From: a virus
Lineage: Duplodnaviria > Caudoviricetes
Length of the DNA: 25,463 nucleotides
Direction: 5' to 3' (one strand)
IMG/VR virus record: IMGVR_UViG_3300012347_000308
Coordinates: 1-25,463 of that record
Shown in pieces: positions 9,941 to 20,329 of this stretch. The translations under genes and the position numbers were made by a program. Numbering within the stretch: the first letter of the stretch is position 1; every line of letters starts with the position of its first letter. Under the pieces are notes generated by a model, which searched no databases, was not told the DNA's origin, and saw only the letters and a list, made by a program, of their open reading frames with translations.

Positions 9941-10692
9941 TAGAACAACCCCTGCAAGAAGCTACCCAAACCACCGCTTTGTGCGCTTGCACCAAAGTCG
10001 TTGAGGCCGCTCTGTACGGATGAACCGATCTGCGACCCTTGGCCAGCATTGATTCCCGCGATCTCCTTGCCTGCGTCCATGAATCGATTGCCCATGCTGT
10101 TGTACAGATTCGCTATTCCGCCAGCGCCCTGCATCTGGTTGGCGTTGAGCCCCTGCACCATGTTGGCGCCCATGCCGGCCATGTTCTGCCAGCCGCCCAA
10201 TTGGTTTTGGAAGTTGGTTTGCTGTTGGCCGAAGTCCTGCTGATTCTGCTGTAGGTACCGACCGTAGGCGTTTTGGTACGCGCCCTGCGCTAGACTGTTG
10301 GCATTGCCCTGCAACGCCTTGGCGAGTGCTCCACCAGCGTTACCGCCTGCCAATCCTGCGGCCTGTAGTGCGCGGTTGCTTTCGCTGATTGAGTAGCGGG
10401 TAGACGGGTCAGAGAATGCGTCGAAATTGAACGCGCCCGATTGCTTGGGTAGTCCGTTTTGCAAGAGGTCTTGTTGAGACTGCACTGCACCGGAACCCGC
10501 CGACATATACGGATTGGCGCGTGTCTGCGCGTCCGCCATCGTGGTCCCGTACTGGTCGATGCCCTTTTGGTCTTGCGCGTTCGCGGCGTTGCGGCCTTCG
10601 CGAATTGCGTTCTTTGCGGACTGCCCGCCATAATAGGACGAAATGCCCCCCGCAATATCGCCAACGACTGGTAGAAGACTCATTATGCCCAT
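9940..10692 (-). CDS. DNA ejection/pilot protein, P22 gp7-like
   Basis: G/A/Q/N-rich; GGISSYYGGQSAKNA, NPYMSAGSGA, DPSTRY, GGALAKALQ patterns. Confidence 0.75.
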   Translation of the reverse strand: MGIMSLLPVVGDIAGGISSYYGGQSAKNAIREGRNAANAQDQKGIDQYGTTMADAQTRANPYMSAGSGAVQSQQDLLQNGLPKQSGAFNFDAFSDPSTRYSISESNRALQAAGLAGGNAGGALAKALQGNANSLAQGAYQNAYGRYLQQNQQDFGQQQTNFQNQLGGWQNMAGMGANMVQGLNANQMQGAGGIANLYNSMGNRFMDAGKEIAGINAGQGSQIGSSVQSGLNDFGASAQSGGLGSFLQGLF

Positions 10693-10704
10693 TGGTTCGC
10701 CGCC

Positions 10705-13077
10705 TTACAGTAGAGCCGGGATTAGCCCGGTATTTGGTTCGATTCTGGCCAGACTTGCGGTGATTGTCCCGCTGTTTGCGATGTAGGCTTTGCTTGGGTC
10801 CATCTGGATAGATCCAGAGGTTGGGGCGATTACCGTTGTCCCGTCGTCCCTGAAAAGATAACCTCCAAACACCTTGACGGGTGCTGTAAGTACGTTATCT
10901 AACCGCAAATCTACAACGCCAACATTTATTTGATAGTTCGCCGTGTCGGTGGCCGTCATGCCCTTAAAGAAGTTGCGAATTCCGTCCGCTGTCGTGATTT
11001 CATAGTGATACCACGCATAGAGGCGCTGTACGCTCGTTACCCCGTCAGGGTCGGATACATCTACCTGCACGTTGGGGTAGTCCGCTGTAAATTCCGTAAC
11101 CGTAGAGCCGTCAGTCGCGTTCGCGTTGTAAACGGTACAGGCGGCTTGCGCCACAGAAAACGCAATACCAGAACTGCCGAAAGTTCCAGAAGACTCGTAC
11201 TCGTCATAACAGGTGACGCCGTTTTGGTACGTCACGCGCAAACGATACGTTTTGTCTGCGGTGTACACCCCGTACCGAAAGAAAGACGTACCTGCGACAA
11301 TCTGGTTATCGGTTTCTAGCGAGTTTGTGACGTTGTAAATCTGAATCCGCGAACCGGCAACCAACCCGGACACCGCAACGCCCACGTTTACGCCCGTGGA
11401 GTCCGTGTACTTGGAAACCGCGATTGCGGCACCGTTGGCAAGAGTGATTGTGCCGGTCGTGGAAATGCTCGAAAACTTGGTTCCATTGGCCAGCGAAGCC
11501 GCTTTGATCGTGACAGTGGAACCCACCACAGCGAACGCGCTTGCGGCCGTTGCGTCAATGGTCAGATTGAACGCGCCAAGATTGATCTCTGTACCGTTAC
11601 CCGTGGCAACCTGCGTACCGAAAGAGGGATTGGCCGCTGCCAAGTTGTCAACTGTCCAGGACTTGCACCGGTCGTACAACTGATCGAGGTTGTCGATTGT
11701 TGCGTAGGCGTCGACCGTGGCCTTGTTGGTCTGGGTGACGTAGCTATCGGGTAGCCCAAGCAAAGAAACGTCTTGACTGGTGGCAAGCGCAAGGGGGGCC
11801 GTCGCTGGCTGATAGAGGTACGAAGTCGCGGAAACAGCATATGGCGCGTAGGTTGTCCCGCCTGCCGTGGCCCACGAATAATTCCCTGTGGCCTGCACCG
11901 TCATGTCGCGGTATCGCACCTGTTGTCTAGGCAAAAGCCCTGTGGTCACGGTCGAATCGTAGATAGTGGCTGGCACCACATCGCGCAAAACAAACCTGGT
12001 AGAATCGGTAATCAACGCGCCCGCCGCTGTGCGGTAGCTTGCGTTCACATACTGCGAGATTCGGAAGGTATTTGCGTAAGTGCCGTTGCCATTGTTGTAC
12101 AGGATCGCAAGCGAAGACCACTCGGAAATGACGATATTCTTGAGCGTGAGCATCTGCCCTGCGGTCGAGATGTTCGCAAACCGAACGCCTCGAGTCACGT
12201 TCGGACCTAGTGAAATGCCTTCAAGTTCCAACGTCATTGAGTCGGGCCAATAGTGGTACACCGCCTGCAAGCAGTTGGTGACGCGCACGTTTGCGATTGC
12301 GCCGAATGCGGCTTTTGCGTTGAATGGTCCGCTCGCCGACTGGTTGCCGTACACTTCCCAATCGTCAATGATTGACCGCGACCCCTGCATGCGGCCACCG
12401 ATTGAGCCGTCACAACGTGCGCCAATCATGCGGAAACGGATATTGTTGTCCGTGTGGAACCGCCAAAATGGAGCCGCACCGGTGAGCCATGCAATTGAAC
12501 CGTAAAACTCGAAATCCATCGATACGTTGGCCGTTGGGTTGAATCCGCTGGCCGCTGTTGCCGTATCCAAGAGCATACACCCGTTGTACACGTTGCCGTA
12601 TTGGTCAACATCACCAAGCCGTAGCGCGCACCTGTCCGACGCAGTTGCCGCTGTCGTGGTCAGATTGGTACTTACTAAGTCGATTCTGGCGTTGCGGAGG
12701 TAGACGAACGCCCCGGTGTTAAACGTGGTCGCGCCGACAAAGCGAATCGAGTTTGTGAGAGGGTCGAGGATGATACTTGTCCCGTCCGCAATGTCTGCGG
12801 CACCGGAAGAGATCGAGAACCCGTCGCCGGGCGCGGGGTCAACGTCGGGCAATGCGGCCATTGTTGCGCGGGTGTAGGTGTTTGCGAAAGGGAATTCGAT
12901 TGTCACCTGCGTGGCGGAAACGTAGGCAGTGATGCGCCTTGTCTGCCCAACGCCTGCGCCCGTGGTCAAACGAATGCACCGACCTACCCACCCGGCCACG
13001 GCACCGCCAGAAACGACAATGGTCGTGCCTGTTGCGCTGGTGATGGTACCGACTGCGTATGCTGTGAGCGCGGCCAT
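10705..13077 (-). CDS. Large beta-rich virion/tail-associated protein (790 aa)
   Basis: T/A/G/V-rich; LTTGAGVGQTRRITAY N-terminal module; lies between the gp10-like and ejection genes. Confidence 0.65.
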   Translation of the reverse strand: MAALTAYAVGTITSATGTTIVVSGGAVAGWVGRCIRLTTGAGVGQTRRITAYVSATQVTIEFPFANTYTRATMAALPDVDPAPGDGFSISSGAADIADGTSIILDPLTNSIRFVGATTFNTGAFVYLRNARIDLVSTNLTTTAATASDRCALRLGDVDQYGNVYNGCMLLDTATAASGFNPTANVSMDFEFYGSIAWLTGAAPFWRFHTDNNIRFRMIGARCDGSIGGRMQGSRSIIDDWEVYGNQSASGPFNAKAAFGAIANVRVTNCLQAVYHYWPDSMTLELEGISLGPNVTRGVRFANISTAGQMLTLKNIVISEWSSLAILYNNGNGTYANTFRISQYVNASYRTAAGALITDSTRFVLRDVVPATIYDSTVTTGLLPRQQVRYRDMTVQATGNYSWATAGGTTYAPYAVSATSYLYQPATAPLALATSQDVSLLGLPDSYVTQTNKATVDAYATIDNLDQLYDRCKSWTVDNLAAANPSFGTQVATGNGTEINLGAFNLTIDATAASAFAVVGSTVTIKAASLANGTKFSSISTTGTITLANGAAIAVSKYTDSTGVNVGVAVSGLVAGSRIQIYNVTNSLETDNQIVAGTSFFRYGVYTADKTYRLRVTYQNGVTCYDEYESSGTFGSSGIAFSVAQAACTVYNANATDGSTVTEFTADYPNVQVDVSDPDGVTSVQRLYAWYHYEITTADGIRNFFKGMTATDTANYQINVGVVDLRLDNVLTAPVKVFGGYLFRDDGTTVIAPTSGSIQMDPSKAYIANSGTITASLARIEPNTGLIPALL

Positions 13078-13520
13078 TAGAACTCCGTCTGCGTGATGCT
13101 AGTGAGCAATCCGCCTGTGTAGTGCAGATCCTTGCGGGTCGTTGCTCCGTCATGGACGTAATCAATGCGATCCAGTCGGGTACCTGTGTATGTGAATACC
13201 TTGTACCATCCGCCTGCGTAGTCAATGCGGGTCACGAGGTCGCCTGTGCGCGTGATTACCGGGTCGGTTGGTGGTAGTGGTGCATCCTGTCCAGGTGGAC
13301 CTTGCGGACCTGTCAACCCGATCGGACCTTGCGGGCCTGTTGGACCAACTGGACCAGTTGGCCCGGCTGGGCCTTGTGGACCGGGAGGACCAACCGCGCC
13401 ACCGGACACCGTACCGAGTAGGGTAGTCAAGTCCATGAAGTACCGACGCCACGGAAGCGAAAGCGTGCGGTTGTCTTCGACCGCTGGAGTACTCAATGGG
13501 GCTGGGTACATCCCGCTCAT
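13077..13520 (-). CDS. Collagen-repeat virion protein at the tail-needle position (147 aa)
   Basis: [10 protein letters not shown]-terminal helix, 12 Gly-X-Y triplets, C-terminal YTG/RIDY beta repeats. Confidence 0.75.
   Translation of the reverse strand: MSGMYPAPLSTPAVEDNRTLSLPWRRYFMDLTTLLGTVSGGAVGPPGPQGPAGPTGPVGPTGPQGPIGLTGPQGPPGQDAPLPPTDPVITRTGDLVTRIDYAGGWYKVFTYTGTRLDRIDYVHDGATTRKDLHYTGGLLTSITQTEF
13284..13391 (-). repeat. Collagen-like (Gly-X-Y)12 coding repeat
   Basis: [36 protein letters not shown]. Confidence 0.9.
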
Positions 13521-15082
13521 CGTGACAACGGCACCGAGTTGGCGATCACTCCCATAAGCAACATCGGCGTGGGTTCGGTGTACCGAATGCGAAGGATCAA
13601 GTTACGCCCCATCCCCCACGCAAGTGAGCGTGAACGGTGCATGTAATCGCCCATTTCGCCTACGGAAACAGAACGCTCATTACCCCATGTTGCGCCGAAA
13701 TCGCGGGACATTGCGAGCAGAAGCACGGGATTCTTGCCAACTCCGTTCGCGTCGTCCACGTTCAAACCGACACCCTGCGAGCAAACCACCTGCAATTCGT
13801 TGATTCGCTGGTTGACGCCACCAGAGAAGATTACTGGAGTGGTCTTTTGACACAAGATCGGCGTGGTACCGACTTCGGGGTCGTCGTTGTCGCCCTTGGT
13901 CACGTCGAGAGAGTAAACCGCATCGGTGATGGTGTCGCCAATGAGGTCTTTGCCCCAATTATAGGCATGGAAGATGCCTCTCCACCGGTGCAAAGTCGCG
14001 TCAATGGTGCGCCAATAGGTACGGCGATGCCATGCTTGGGCGACAATGTCGTAGACAATGGTGAGGTTTGCCGACTCGAAGGAAAGTACATAGAAAGCAT
14101 GCCCGCTTTGCGCGTAGCAGAAGCCGATCGCGTCTGAAATATCCGTGCCACGCTCGATTAGTTGTTCAATGCCACGTGTCGAGATGCGTACCGGGGCCAT
14201 TCCGTTGTTGGAGAACACGCCCACGGTACCTGTCTTCACGTCCGTTCCCAGCCAAAACACGTTGTTGCCGTACCGCGCTGGGCTGTTTGGTGCTGTGGTA
14301 CCAACCTCAATGATTGCGCCTTGGTACCGCGCCCATGTTCCCGGTGTAAGCCCGGTGTCGTAATGGACTTCGACGGATTCGGGGCCAAAGAGCCAAATCA
14401 TGTTATTGGCGGAAAGCAATGATACAATGTTGTCGGAATAGCCGATTTTCTTGTTCGACTGTAGCGCGTTCCAATAGTCTAGCGGAAAGCTAGAGTTTGG
14501 ATCTAGAACGTAGCCCGGATTACTCCAAAGGTACTCGGATGTGTTGGGCACGTTGACGATGAAATAGGTGTCGATGCACGCGCAGTGCGTGGGCCCGGGA
14601 TTGATCGGGAACATTGAACTGCCCGTGGTGGTAGTCCCGTCGAGCTGGGTGCAAACATTGGTCGAGAGGTCTACGATGTAGCCTGTCTGACCGTCCACCA
14701 AAAGCATCTGGTTTCCGTTGTCGCAAAACGACACGACGCCTTCGGTCGTTGCGAGTCCGCCAATCAGCAACCGGGTGCCGTTGGCGAATAGCTCATAGAG
14801 GCGATCAGAGGATACGCTAAATGTGCGTTGCGTCCCTGTGGTGTACAATCCACGGCAAGGTGTGATCGCATACCGTGGGGTGTGGATCTTGAGACCGGGA
14901 ACCTTGACGAAAAAATACGGGTATTTGCTGGTCTCCGTGGTCGCATTTTCGACGTAAAAGTTCTCGCAAATTTCCAACCCAAGGGAGCGGTAAGCCGTCG
15001 AATACGGCTTGGCACCAAGAGGCACACCAGCGTACCTGCTCATCATGGTAACGCTAGGGTCCATCTGCTGTGCGGGCATCAT
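13517..15082 (-). CDS. Tail hub / packaged-DNA stabilization protein, P22 gp10-like
   Basis: Start reassigned to ATG 15082 (ATGA overlap); PGL...[26 protein letters not shown]...GEMGDY...WGMG motifs. Confidence 0.85.
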   Translation of the reverse strand: MMPAQQMDPSVTMMSRYAGVPLGAKPYSTAYRSLGLEICENFYVENATTETSKYPYFFVKVPGLKIHTPRYAITPCRGLYTTGTQRTFSVSSDRLYELFANGTRLLIGGLATTEGVVSFCDNGNQMLLVDGQTGYIVDLSTNVCTQLDGTTTTGSSMFPINPGPTHCACIDTYFIVNVPNTSEYLWSNPGYVLDPNSSFPLDYWNALQSNKKIGYSDNIVSLLSANNMIWLFGPESVEVHYDTGLTPGTWARYQGAIIEVGTTAPNSPARYGNNVFWLGTDVKTGTVGVFSNNGMAPVRISTRGIEQLIERGTDISDAIGFCYAQSGHAFYVLSFESANLTIVYDIVAQAWHRRTYWRTIDATLHRWRGIFHAYNWGKDLIGDTITDAVYSLDVTKGDNDDPEVGTTPILCQKTTPVIFSGGVNQRINELQVVCSQGVGLNVDDANGVGKNPVLLLAMSRDFGATWGNERSVSVGEMGDYMHRSRSLAWGMGRNLILRIRYTEPTPMLLMGVIANSVPLSR

Positions 15083-15804
15083 ACTACGCGCCCCGGCCAT
15101 GTCTGCCAGCTACCCGCCGACGGTGAACCGAAGTCGCTCACAAGCTTGGGCGTGCGCATTCGGTTGTTCATCGATTTGATCCCGCTCAATGCGTGGCCTG
15201 CCGTCTGCATGATCTGCTCGTCGGGAGGGTTGCCCACGAATGGACCGAGCCGCACGGCAAGGTTGTACACGATCGCATCGCGCCACCAATCGGGAAGGTC
15301 AAGAGTGCCCTGCACGCTGGTCGCGTAGGCAAGGGACTTGATGCCGATTACGTCAACGGTTGAACCAGCGAGAGGCACCGGCCACATGTAGAGTTTGCCG
15401 ACCGGGAATTGGTAATCGTAAGCGAAGATCTGCGGGATACCTTGCGTCAATTTCGCAAAGCATCGGTCGTACTCCTCGTAAGTGCCGGATGGTACTGTCC
15501 AAACAGAAGTACCCTGTTTGATATGGATCTCGCGAATCTGAATAAACCGGATCGCGGAATCTGGGGTGATGATCCCGTCCGTACCGAAGGTGAGATAGGT
15601 CGTCCCTTGCGCGGGCGGGTTCAGAGTGACGACGGCCTGCGAGTAGTTTACCAGGTCTTTGGTAGACCAATTGGCAAGCATCCCGTTTAGGGTGCGAAGG
15701 GCCAAAGAGCCGATATTCTCTTGCAAGTCGTCGCCATCCGAAACGCCTAGCGCGCCTGTGAGGATCAATGCGTCTTGGATCATCCCGTAAACTGAAAGCA
15801 TCAT
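15079..15804 (-). CDS. Head-to-tail adaptor, P22 gp4-like
   Basis: IQDALILTG, ALRTLNGMLANW, LYMWPVP, AIVYNLAVRL; lies between coat and gp10-like genes. Confidence 0.8.
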   Translation of the reverse strand: MMLSVYGMIQDALILTGALGVSDGDDLQENIGSLALRTLNGMLANWSTKDLVNYSQAVVTLNPPAQGTTYLTFGTDGIITPDSAIRFIQIREIHIKQGTSVWTVPSGTYEEYDRCFAKLTQGIPQIFAYDYQFPVGKLYMWPVPLAGSTVDVIGIKSLAYATSVQGTLDLPDWWRDAIVYNLAVRLGPFVGNPPDEQIMQTAGHALSGIKSMNNRMRTPKLVSDFGSPSAGSWQTWPGRVV

Positions 15805-15819
15805 ACCCCCACAAGCGAG

Positions 15820-15858
15820 AAAAGGAAGAGGCGCGGGTAAAGGAAGAAACCCCGCGCC
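15820..15858 (-). terminator. Hairpin after the coat gene (probable leaky terminator)
   Basis: 8-bp stem GGCGCGGG/CCCGCGCC (15830-37/15851-58) followed on the minus strand by TCTTCCTTTT. Confidence 0.5.
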
Positions 15859-15867
15859 CCTTGACGG

Positions 15868-17163
15868 CTAGTAAACTCGGACCAATCCTTCCGGGATTAC
15901 TACCGCCGCACCAATCATGCACTGAATCGCGTGAATCTTGGTGAAGGTATACGGGTCGTGGCTCTCGATGATCGCGATGTTGATGCCGTTCACTTCTTCC
16001 TGCGCGCTGTAGTCCAAACCGGTAGGGAGGTTGAACTTTGGCGAGATGCCCACGATTGCATTCTTTGCGAACACAAGGCCGGGGGTGCTGGAAGCGGTGG
16101 AGTTGAGGAACGTCACTGTCGCACCCGAGCTAATGCCAGCGGTCACGTTCTGGTAAGGGCCAGAGGAAACCAAGCACTCGGACAAGGTGAGCGTGCAAGC
16201 GGTACCGGAAACGGTGGTGTGGGACACCACAACGAACGTGGCGGTGATGCCAGTATCGATCTTGAGGTCTGGGTTCACGAAACGTACAGGTGTACCTGCG
16301 TTCGAGAACGACACAAGGCGACCGACGAGGCCAGTCGAAGACCCGTTCAATCCAGCGGTCAGTCCGGTGATTGCCACGGTGAACGTGGGCGTCCACACGG
16401 TACCGCCGGCTTGTGCGGCAGTGGTGGTAACACCAGACTGCGCGGCCAAAGCGGGGTCAGTTGGGAGCAATGGGGTACGGAAGAAATCAAGACCAGAGTA
16501 TTCACCCATCAAACCCTGCGTGTAGAGCTTATCAATGCTCCGACCGGGATTGAACAATGCCTGCTGGCTGGTCTGCAAGGTCACGCCAACGGCCTCGGGG
16601 GTCAGTGCAACGCGAGGATCTTCGGGGGCCAGTCCACGGTTATTCAAGACGCCTGCGGCAATGGCGTACTGGGTCAATGGAGTCGCCGAGTAGGAACCGG
16701 GAGTGCCTACCACTTGACCAGAGCCAAGCAACGCAAGGGAACCGATGTACTGGTCAACCAATCGACGCAAGCGGCGAACGGCGGGTTTGATTACGCGCTC
16801 GTTGGCCTGCTCGGAACTCATGTTCACGGCCAATTCGTCAAGCGAACGGTTTAGGTTGACGGTGAACTTCTGCGAGACGGTCAGCTGGATGGTTGCGTCT
16901 TGAATCGCAGTGTAGGTAGGCGCCGAAGGGATTGGCGCGGGGGTGACGGTGCTCGAAGCATCGTACAAGCCAGCGTTGAAAGCGGTTTGGGTCACATCCA
17001 CCATCGTAGGACGGCGAAGAACAACGGTCGCGCCGGTGTTTTCCTGTGCGGAAATCATATCGTTGCGGAACTCGATGTTCTGGGAGATCTTGCCAGTCTG
17101 CGAGAACTGGAAGAAGATCTCTTTGGAAACTTTATTCTGAACCCTAGAAAGGTTATTGGCCAT
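15868..17163 (-). CDS. Major capsid protein, P22 gp5-like (431 aa)
   Basis: TGATVVLRRP, ERVIKPAVRRL...VD, GLMGEYSGLDF, GLVFAKNAI; size and synteny. Confidence 0.88.
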   Translation of the reverse strand: MANNLSRVQNKVSKEIFFQFSQTGKISQNIEFRNDMISAQENTGATVVLRRPTMVDVTQTAFNAGLYDASSTVTPAPIPSAPTYTAIQDATIQLTVSQKFTVNLNRSLDELAVNMSSEQANERVIKPAVRRLRRLVDQYIGSLALLGSGQVVGTPGSYSATPLTQYAIAAGVLNNRGLAPEDPRVALTPEAVGVTLQTSQQALFNPGRSIDKLYTQGLMGEYSGLDFFRTPLLPTDPALAAQSGVTTTAAQAGGTVWTPTFTVAITGLTAGLNGSSTGLVGRLVSFSNAGTPVRFVNPDLKIDTGITATFVVVSHTTVSGTACTLTLSECLVSSGPYQNVTAGISSGATVTFLNSTASSTPGLVFAKNAIVGISPKFNLPTGLDYSAQEEVNGINIAIIESHDPYTFTKIHAIQCMIGAAVVIPEGLVRVY

Positions 17164-17286
17164 TGTTGCACGCTCCGTGTTTGGTACTTGGTCGAATTGA
17201 TCGAGGCTTGTACCTGGGAGTCGTGCGGCCTCTTTGCACGTCCAGTGAGTCGCAGTATTACGCGATGCGAAGCGCGATTGTCAAGT

Positions 17287-17315
17287 ATAATACTCAATTT
17301 TCTCAAAATAGGCAA
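17287..17315 (-). promoter_or_regulatory. Sigma70-like promoter upstream of the coat gene
   Basis: TTGCCT-17 nt-TATTAT; a perfect TTGACA (17279-84) follows but has a poor -10. Confidence 0.5.
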
Positions 17316-17316
17316 C

Positions 17317-17340
17317 AAAAAAGCCACCTTTTCGGGTGGC
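17317..17340 (-). terminator. Rho-independent terminator after the scaffold gene
   Basis: GCCACC-CGAAAA-GGTGGC-TTTTTT. Confidence 0.75.
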
Positions 17341-17362
17341 CTTCGGTGCGAATCGCCTTAAA

Positions 17363-18301
17363 TCACCATGCCGACCCGCCTTTTGCGCGGTATGCGGCGT
17401 ATTCCTTGGGGTTCATGTCCTCCGGAGCCTTGCGCCCGCCTCGTGCATTGTCCACGGTCGCGGGGATGCGGACCGATGGTTTGGGCGCGGGGGTGAACGC
17501 TGGCTTGGGTGGAATCACCGGCGCGGACTGCTTGGGCTTGCCGTTGATCTCCGCCATTGCGGAAAGCTTGGCGATAGTCTTCATCGCGCGGGCTGGACCT
17601 TGCATGAGGGAGCGCAAGAGGTCTTCGTCTTCCGCAAGCGCGGCGATGATTGCGGGGCCGTTCTCATCTTCGGCGATGGACTCGATTACTGAGGGGTGGA
17701 CGTACTGTTGATTCTGTTGCAACACAGCAACAACGTATTCCTCCTTCGCGCTGATCTCCGGGTCGATCTTGGCGTGCTCGGTGATGCGCTGGGTGTAGCT
17801 CTCAATTGTGCGCTGTCGTTGCGCCTGTGCGGTGCGCTCGGCTTCTTCGGCGCGGAACATATCGCGAGCTTCACGGATCGCCTGCTCCTTGGTGGCCTTG
17901 GTCAAGTCCTTGAGGTACCGATCAACGTCTGGCTCACCGGTTGCGGTGACGTAGGCCGACAGGTCTAGCTCGGTCGGGTCGGTAACGGCTTCCGCTTGCT
18001 TCTTGGCGCTCTCGTACTCCGCTAGACGTGCCTCCAACTCTGCGGCACGCTGGGCCAACACTCGACGCTCGGAATTGACTTCCGCGAATCGTCCGTAGGG
18101 GATGGATTCGGGAGGCGTGTTTTTCTTCTGCCAAGGTTTCGGCTCGGCGGGCTTATCGTCCACCGGTGCAACTTCTTCGTCATCGTCTTCCTCTCCCTTT
18201 GGCGTGGGTGTGGCTTCGCCTCGCTGTTCTGCGATGCGCTGGGCGTTGTAGTCGGCTTGCGACTCCTCAACGTCAATCTGGTCTTCCGTTTCGTCTACCA
18301 T
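17363..18301 (-). CDS. Capsid scaffolding protein
   Basis: Acidic N-terminus, IPYGRFAEVN, coiled coils, Pro-rich linker, C-terminal EDMNPKEYAAYR; lies between portal and coat. Confidence 0.8.
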   Translation of the reverse strand: MVDETEDQIDVEESQADYNAQRIAEQRGEATPTPKGEEDDDEEVAPVDDKPAEPKPWQKKNTPPESIPYGRFAEVNSERRVLAQRAAELEARLAEYESAKKQAEAVTDPTELDLSAYVTATGEPDVDRYLKDLTKATKEQAIREARDMFRAEEAERTAQAQRQRTIESYTQRITEHAKIDPEISAKEEYVVAVLQQNQQYVHPSVIESIAEDENGPAIIAALAEDEDLLRSLMQGPARAMKTIAKLSAMAEINGKPKQSAPVIPPKPAFTPAPKPSVRIPATVDNARGGRKAPEDMNPKEYAAYRAKGGSAW

Positions 18302-20326
18302 TTATTCGAGTCCTTGCAAAAGGGATTGGATATTTGCTTGGTTCGCGGCTTGGGCTTGCGCCCGTTCGCGCGCATCGTCTCGGGCGTGATTGAGGCCCAA
18401 CAACTCCGCTTCGTGGGTCCGCTGTGAGCGTGCTTTTGCCTCGTCTCGCGTGTGCTGGTCGTGGCTGTCTGCGTCGCGCATCATCGTCTTGGCTGTCAAA
18501 TCTACTTGCTGGGAGTCCTTCTCGTGCGCAATTTTCATTTCTGTCATTTGCCGTTGCGCCTCGAGTTCCATTTGCTTCATTTGCATCTGGGTCTGCGCCT
18601 TGACCTTTTCGGCGTTGCCCTCTTGGAGCGCCTGTTGCATCTGCTGTAGTTGCGCTTGCATCTGCTGGATCTGTTGCGACTGCATGCGCACCGTGTTCAT
18701 CGGATCCTCTTGTGCCGAGAGGATCTGCTGGACGTTTGGCGGCAACATGGAGATCAACGCATCTGCGACGGATTCGGAACCGGGAAGGTCGATCGACTGC
18801 AAGAGCCAAGGGCCGATGATGGCCGCGCTTGCCGGGTTCATCTTCATAAAGTCCATCATACGGCTTTGCAACTCTTCGCGCTGGCTTGCGTAGGCTGGGC
18901 CGCTGGACACGGTCACACCGTACTTGCCGTAAGACAGATCGAGGTTTGCCACTTCGGGAAGCTGGGTTGGCCCAACGCTCACCGATTCGGTTTTCCCGTC
19001 TGGATGGATGGCAACGCGCACCGCATCGTCGATCCACGTCTTTGGCATGATGTCGATAAGGATCTCGCCGCACCGTTTGATTCCGTACCGTAGGGAGTCG
19101 AGGAAATGGAACGTGCTCACAGCGCCTTGAGCCTGCTCGTACTTGAGTGCCTTGCCGCTCGAAGCGTCGACGTGTTCGCCGGTGCTTGGCGCGTAGATGC
19201 CGGTAATCATCTTCATGACCTGCACGTTCGCGTCTGCCAACTGCATGTATCCGACTGGTGGTTCTGCGGGCGGGATCAACGTAAGTTCGGTGCCCTTCTT
19301 CTTGAACAGCATGACTTTAGCGACCCGGTTCGCGGTCGCCCAGTCGTCCATGTGGTTCTCGACGCTATTTTCCTCGGCAATGGCCATCGCTTTAGGGTGG
19401 TTGGCGATGCTTGCGATTGCTTCCGACTTGAGGTAGTTGTACTCCCGTTGCACGCTCGCAATGTCGCGCACAAGGCCGTGGAAGTGCAAGCGCCCTTCGC
19501 GGAATCCACGCTCGCCGGTGACGGTGACGAATGGGAGGATCGAGCCGGGGTACTCGTCGTTTACATCAAGCAGACAATCGTCGGTGAAGACATATTGAAT
19601 GATCTTTCCGCCTTCTTCCCGCGCCCATAGCTCCGAAACAAGAACCTCGTCGTTCTCGTCCTTCGCGGTCTTGAGTTCTTCGGCGTACTTCTCCCACATC
19701 TCACATGCGGCGTCCACGTTGAGCATCTTCTCGTAGACCACGAAACGGGCGTCGCTGAAATCTGGGCGGCGTGCGGCTGGATCCCAAAGTACGGTCGTTG
19801 GGTCGGCGATCGAGTCGATGCGTAGGCCAATGCTCTGGTCGTCCCGCTCAAACATATTGACGCGCCAAGAGCCGATCCCGCCCTTTACTGCGCACTCGAG
19901 CGCATAGGTGTACGCGCTTGCGGCGTTGCTCTCGTACTCGATGCCTGCGATAAGGCCAGACAACGCCTTGGCCGCTTCCTTGGTTGCTCCATCGCCTACC
20001 GGGTGGATATTGACGCTTGGCGGCGCTTGGCGTGCCGTATTGGTTACCGTGCGGGTAAATGCGGGAATTAGGTTGTAGACGAAGCTTGGGCGGCCTGCGG
20101 CTTTGCGGGTCTGAATGTCGCTTCCGCTCCACTGCTCACCGAACGCGAACTCGGTGTTCTCCCGGCTATCCTCCATGATTGGCGTCCAGTGATCGTTGGC
20201 CCGGTCGCGCATCTTCTTGAGTTCGGGCAGTTCCTTGACCCGCTTGACCTGTGGCGCTTCCTCGACGTGGGATTTGTGGTCCTCGTCGCGGTCCATCGGC
20301 GTGACGCCTTCCGAATAGTCTTCCAT
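18302..20326 (-). CDS. Portal protein, P22-like
   Basis: GEQW...RPSFVYNLI, GGIGSWRV, DPAARRPDFSDARF, GLVRDI...QREYNY, SSGKAL; Gln-rich C-terminal barrel. Confidence 0.92.
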   Translation of the reverse strand: MEDYSEGVTPMDRDEDHKSHVEEAPQVKRVKELPELKKMRDRANDHWTPIMEDSRENTEFAFGEQWSGSDIQTRKAAGRPSFVYNLIPAFTRTVTNTARQAPPSVNIHPVGDGATKEAAKALSGLIAGIEYESNAASAYTYALECAVKGGIGSWRVNMFERDDQSIGLRIDSIADPTTVLWDPAARRPDFSDARFVVYEKMLNVDAACEMWEKYAEELKTAKDENDEVLVSELWAREEGGKIIQYVFTDDCLLDVNDEYPGSILPFVTVTGERGFREGRLHFHGLVRDIASVQREYNYLKSEAIASIANHPKAMAIAEENSVENHMDDWATANRVAKVMLFKKKGTELTLIPPAEPPVGYMQLADANVQVMKMITGIYAPSTGEHVDASSGKALKYEQAQGAVSTFHFLDSLRYGIKRCGEILIDIMPKTWIDDAVRVAIHPDGKTESVSVGPTQLPEVANLDLSYGKYGVTVSSGPAYASQREELQSRMMDFMKMNPASAAIIGPWLLQSIDLPGSESVADALISMLPPNVQQILSAQEDPMNTVRMQSQQIQQMQAQLQQMQQALQEGNAEKVKAQTQMQMKQMELEAQRQMTEMKIAHEKDSQQVDLTAKTMMRDADSHDQHTRDEAKARSQRTHEAELLGLNHARDDARERAQAQAANQANIQSLLQGLE

Positions 20327-20329
20327 GCG

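Noticed and set aside
15931-16854. 307-aa plus-strand ORF and other long antisense or alternate-frame ORFs
   Set aside because: Shadows of GC-rich minus-strand genes with no recognisable motifs.
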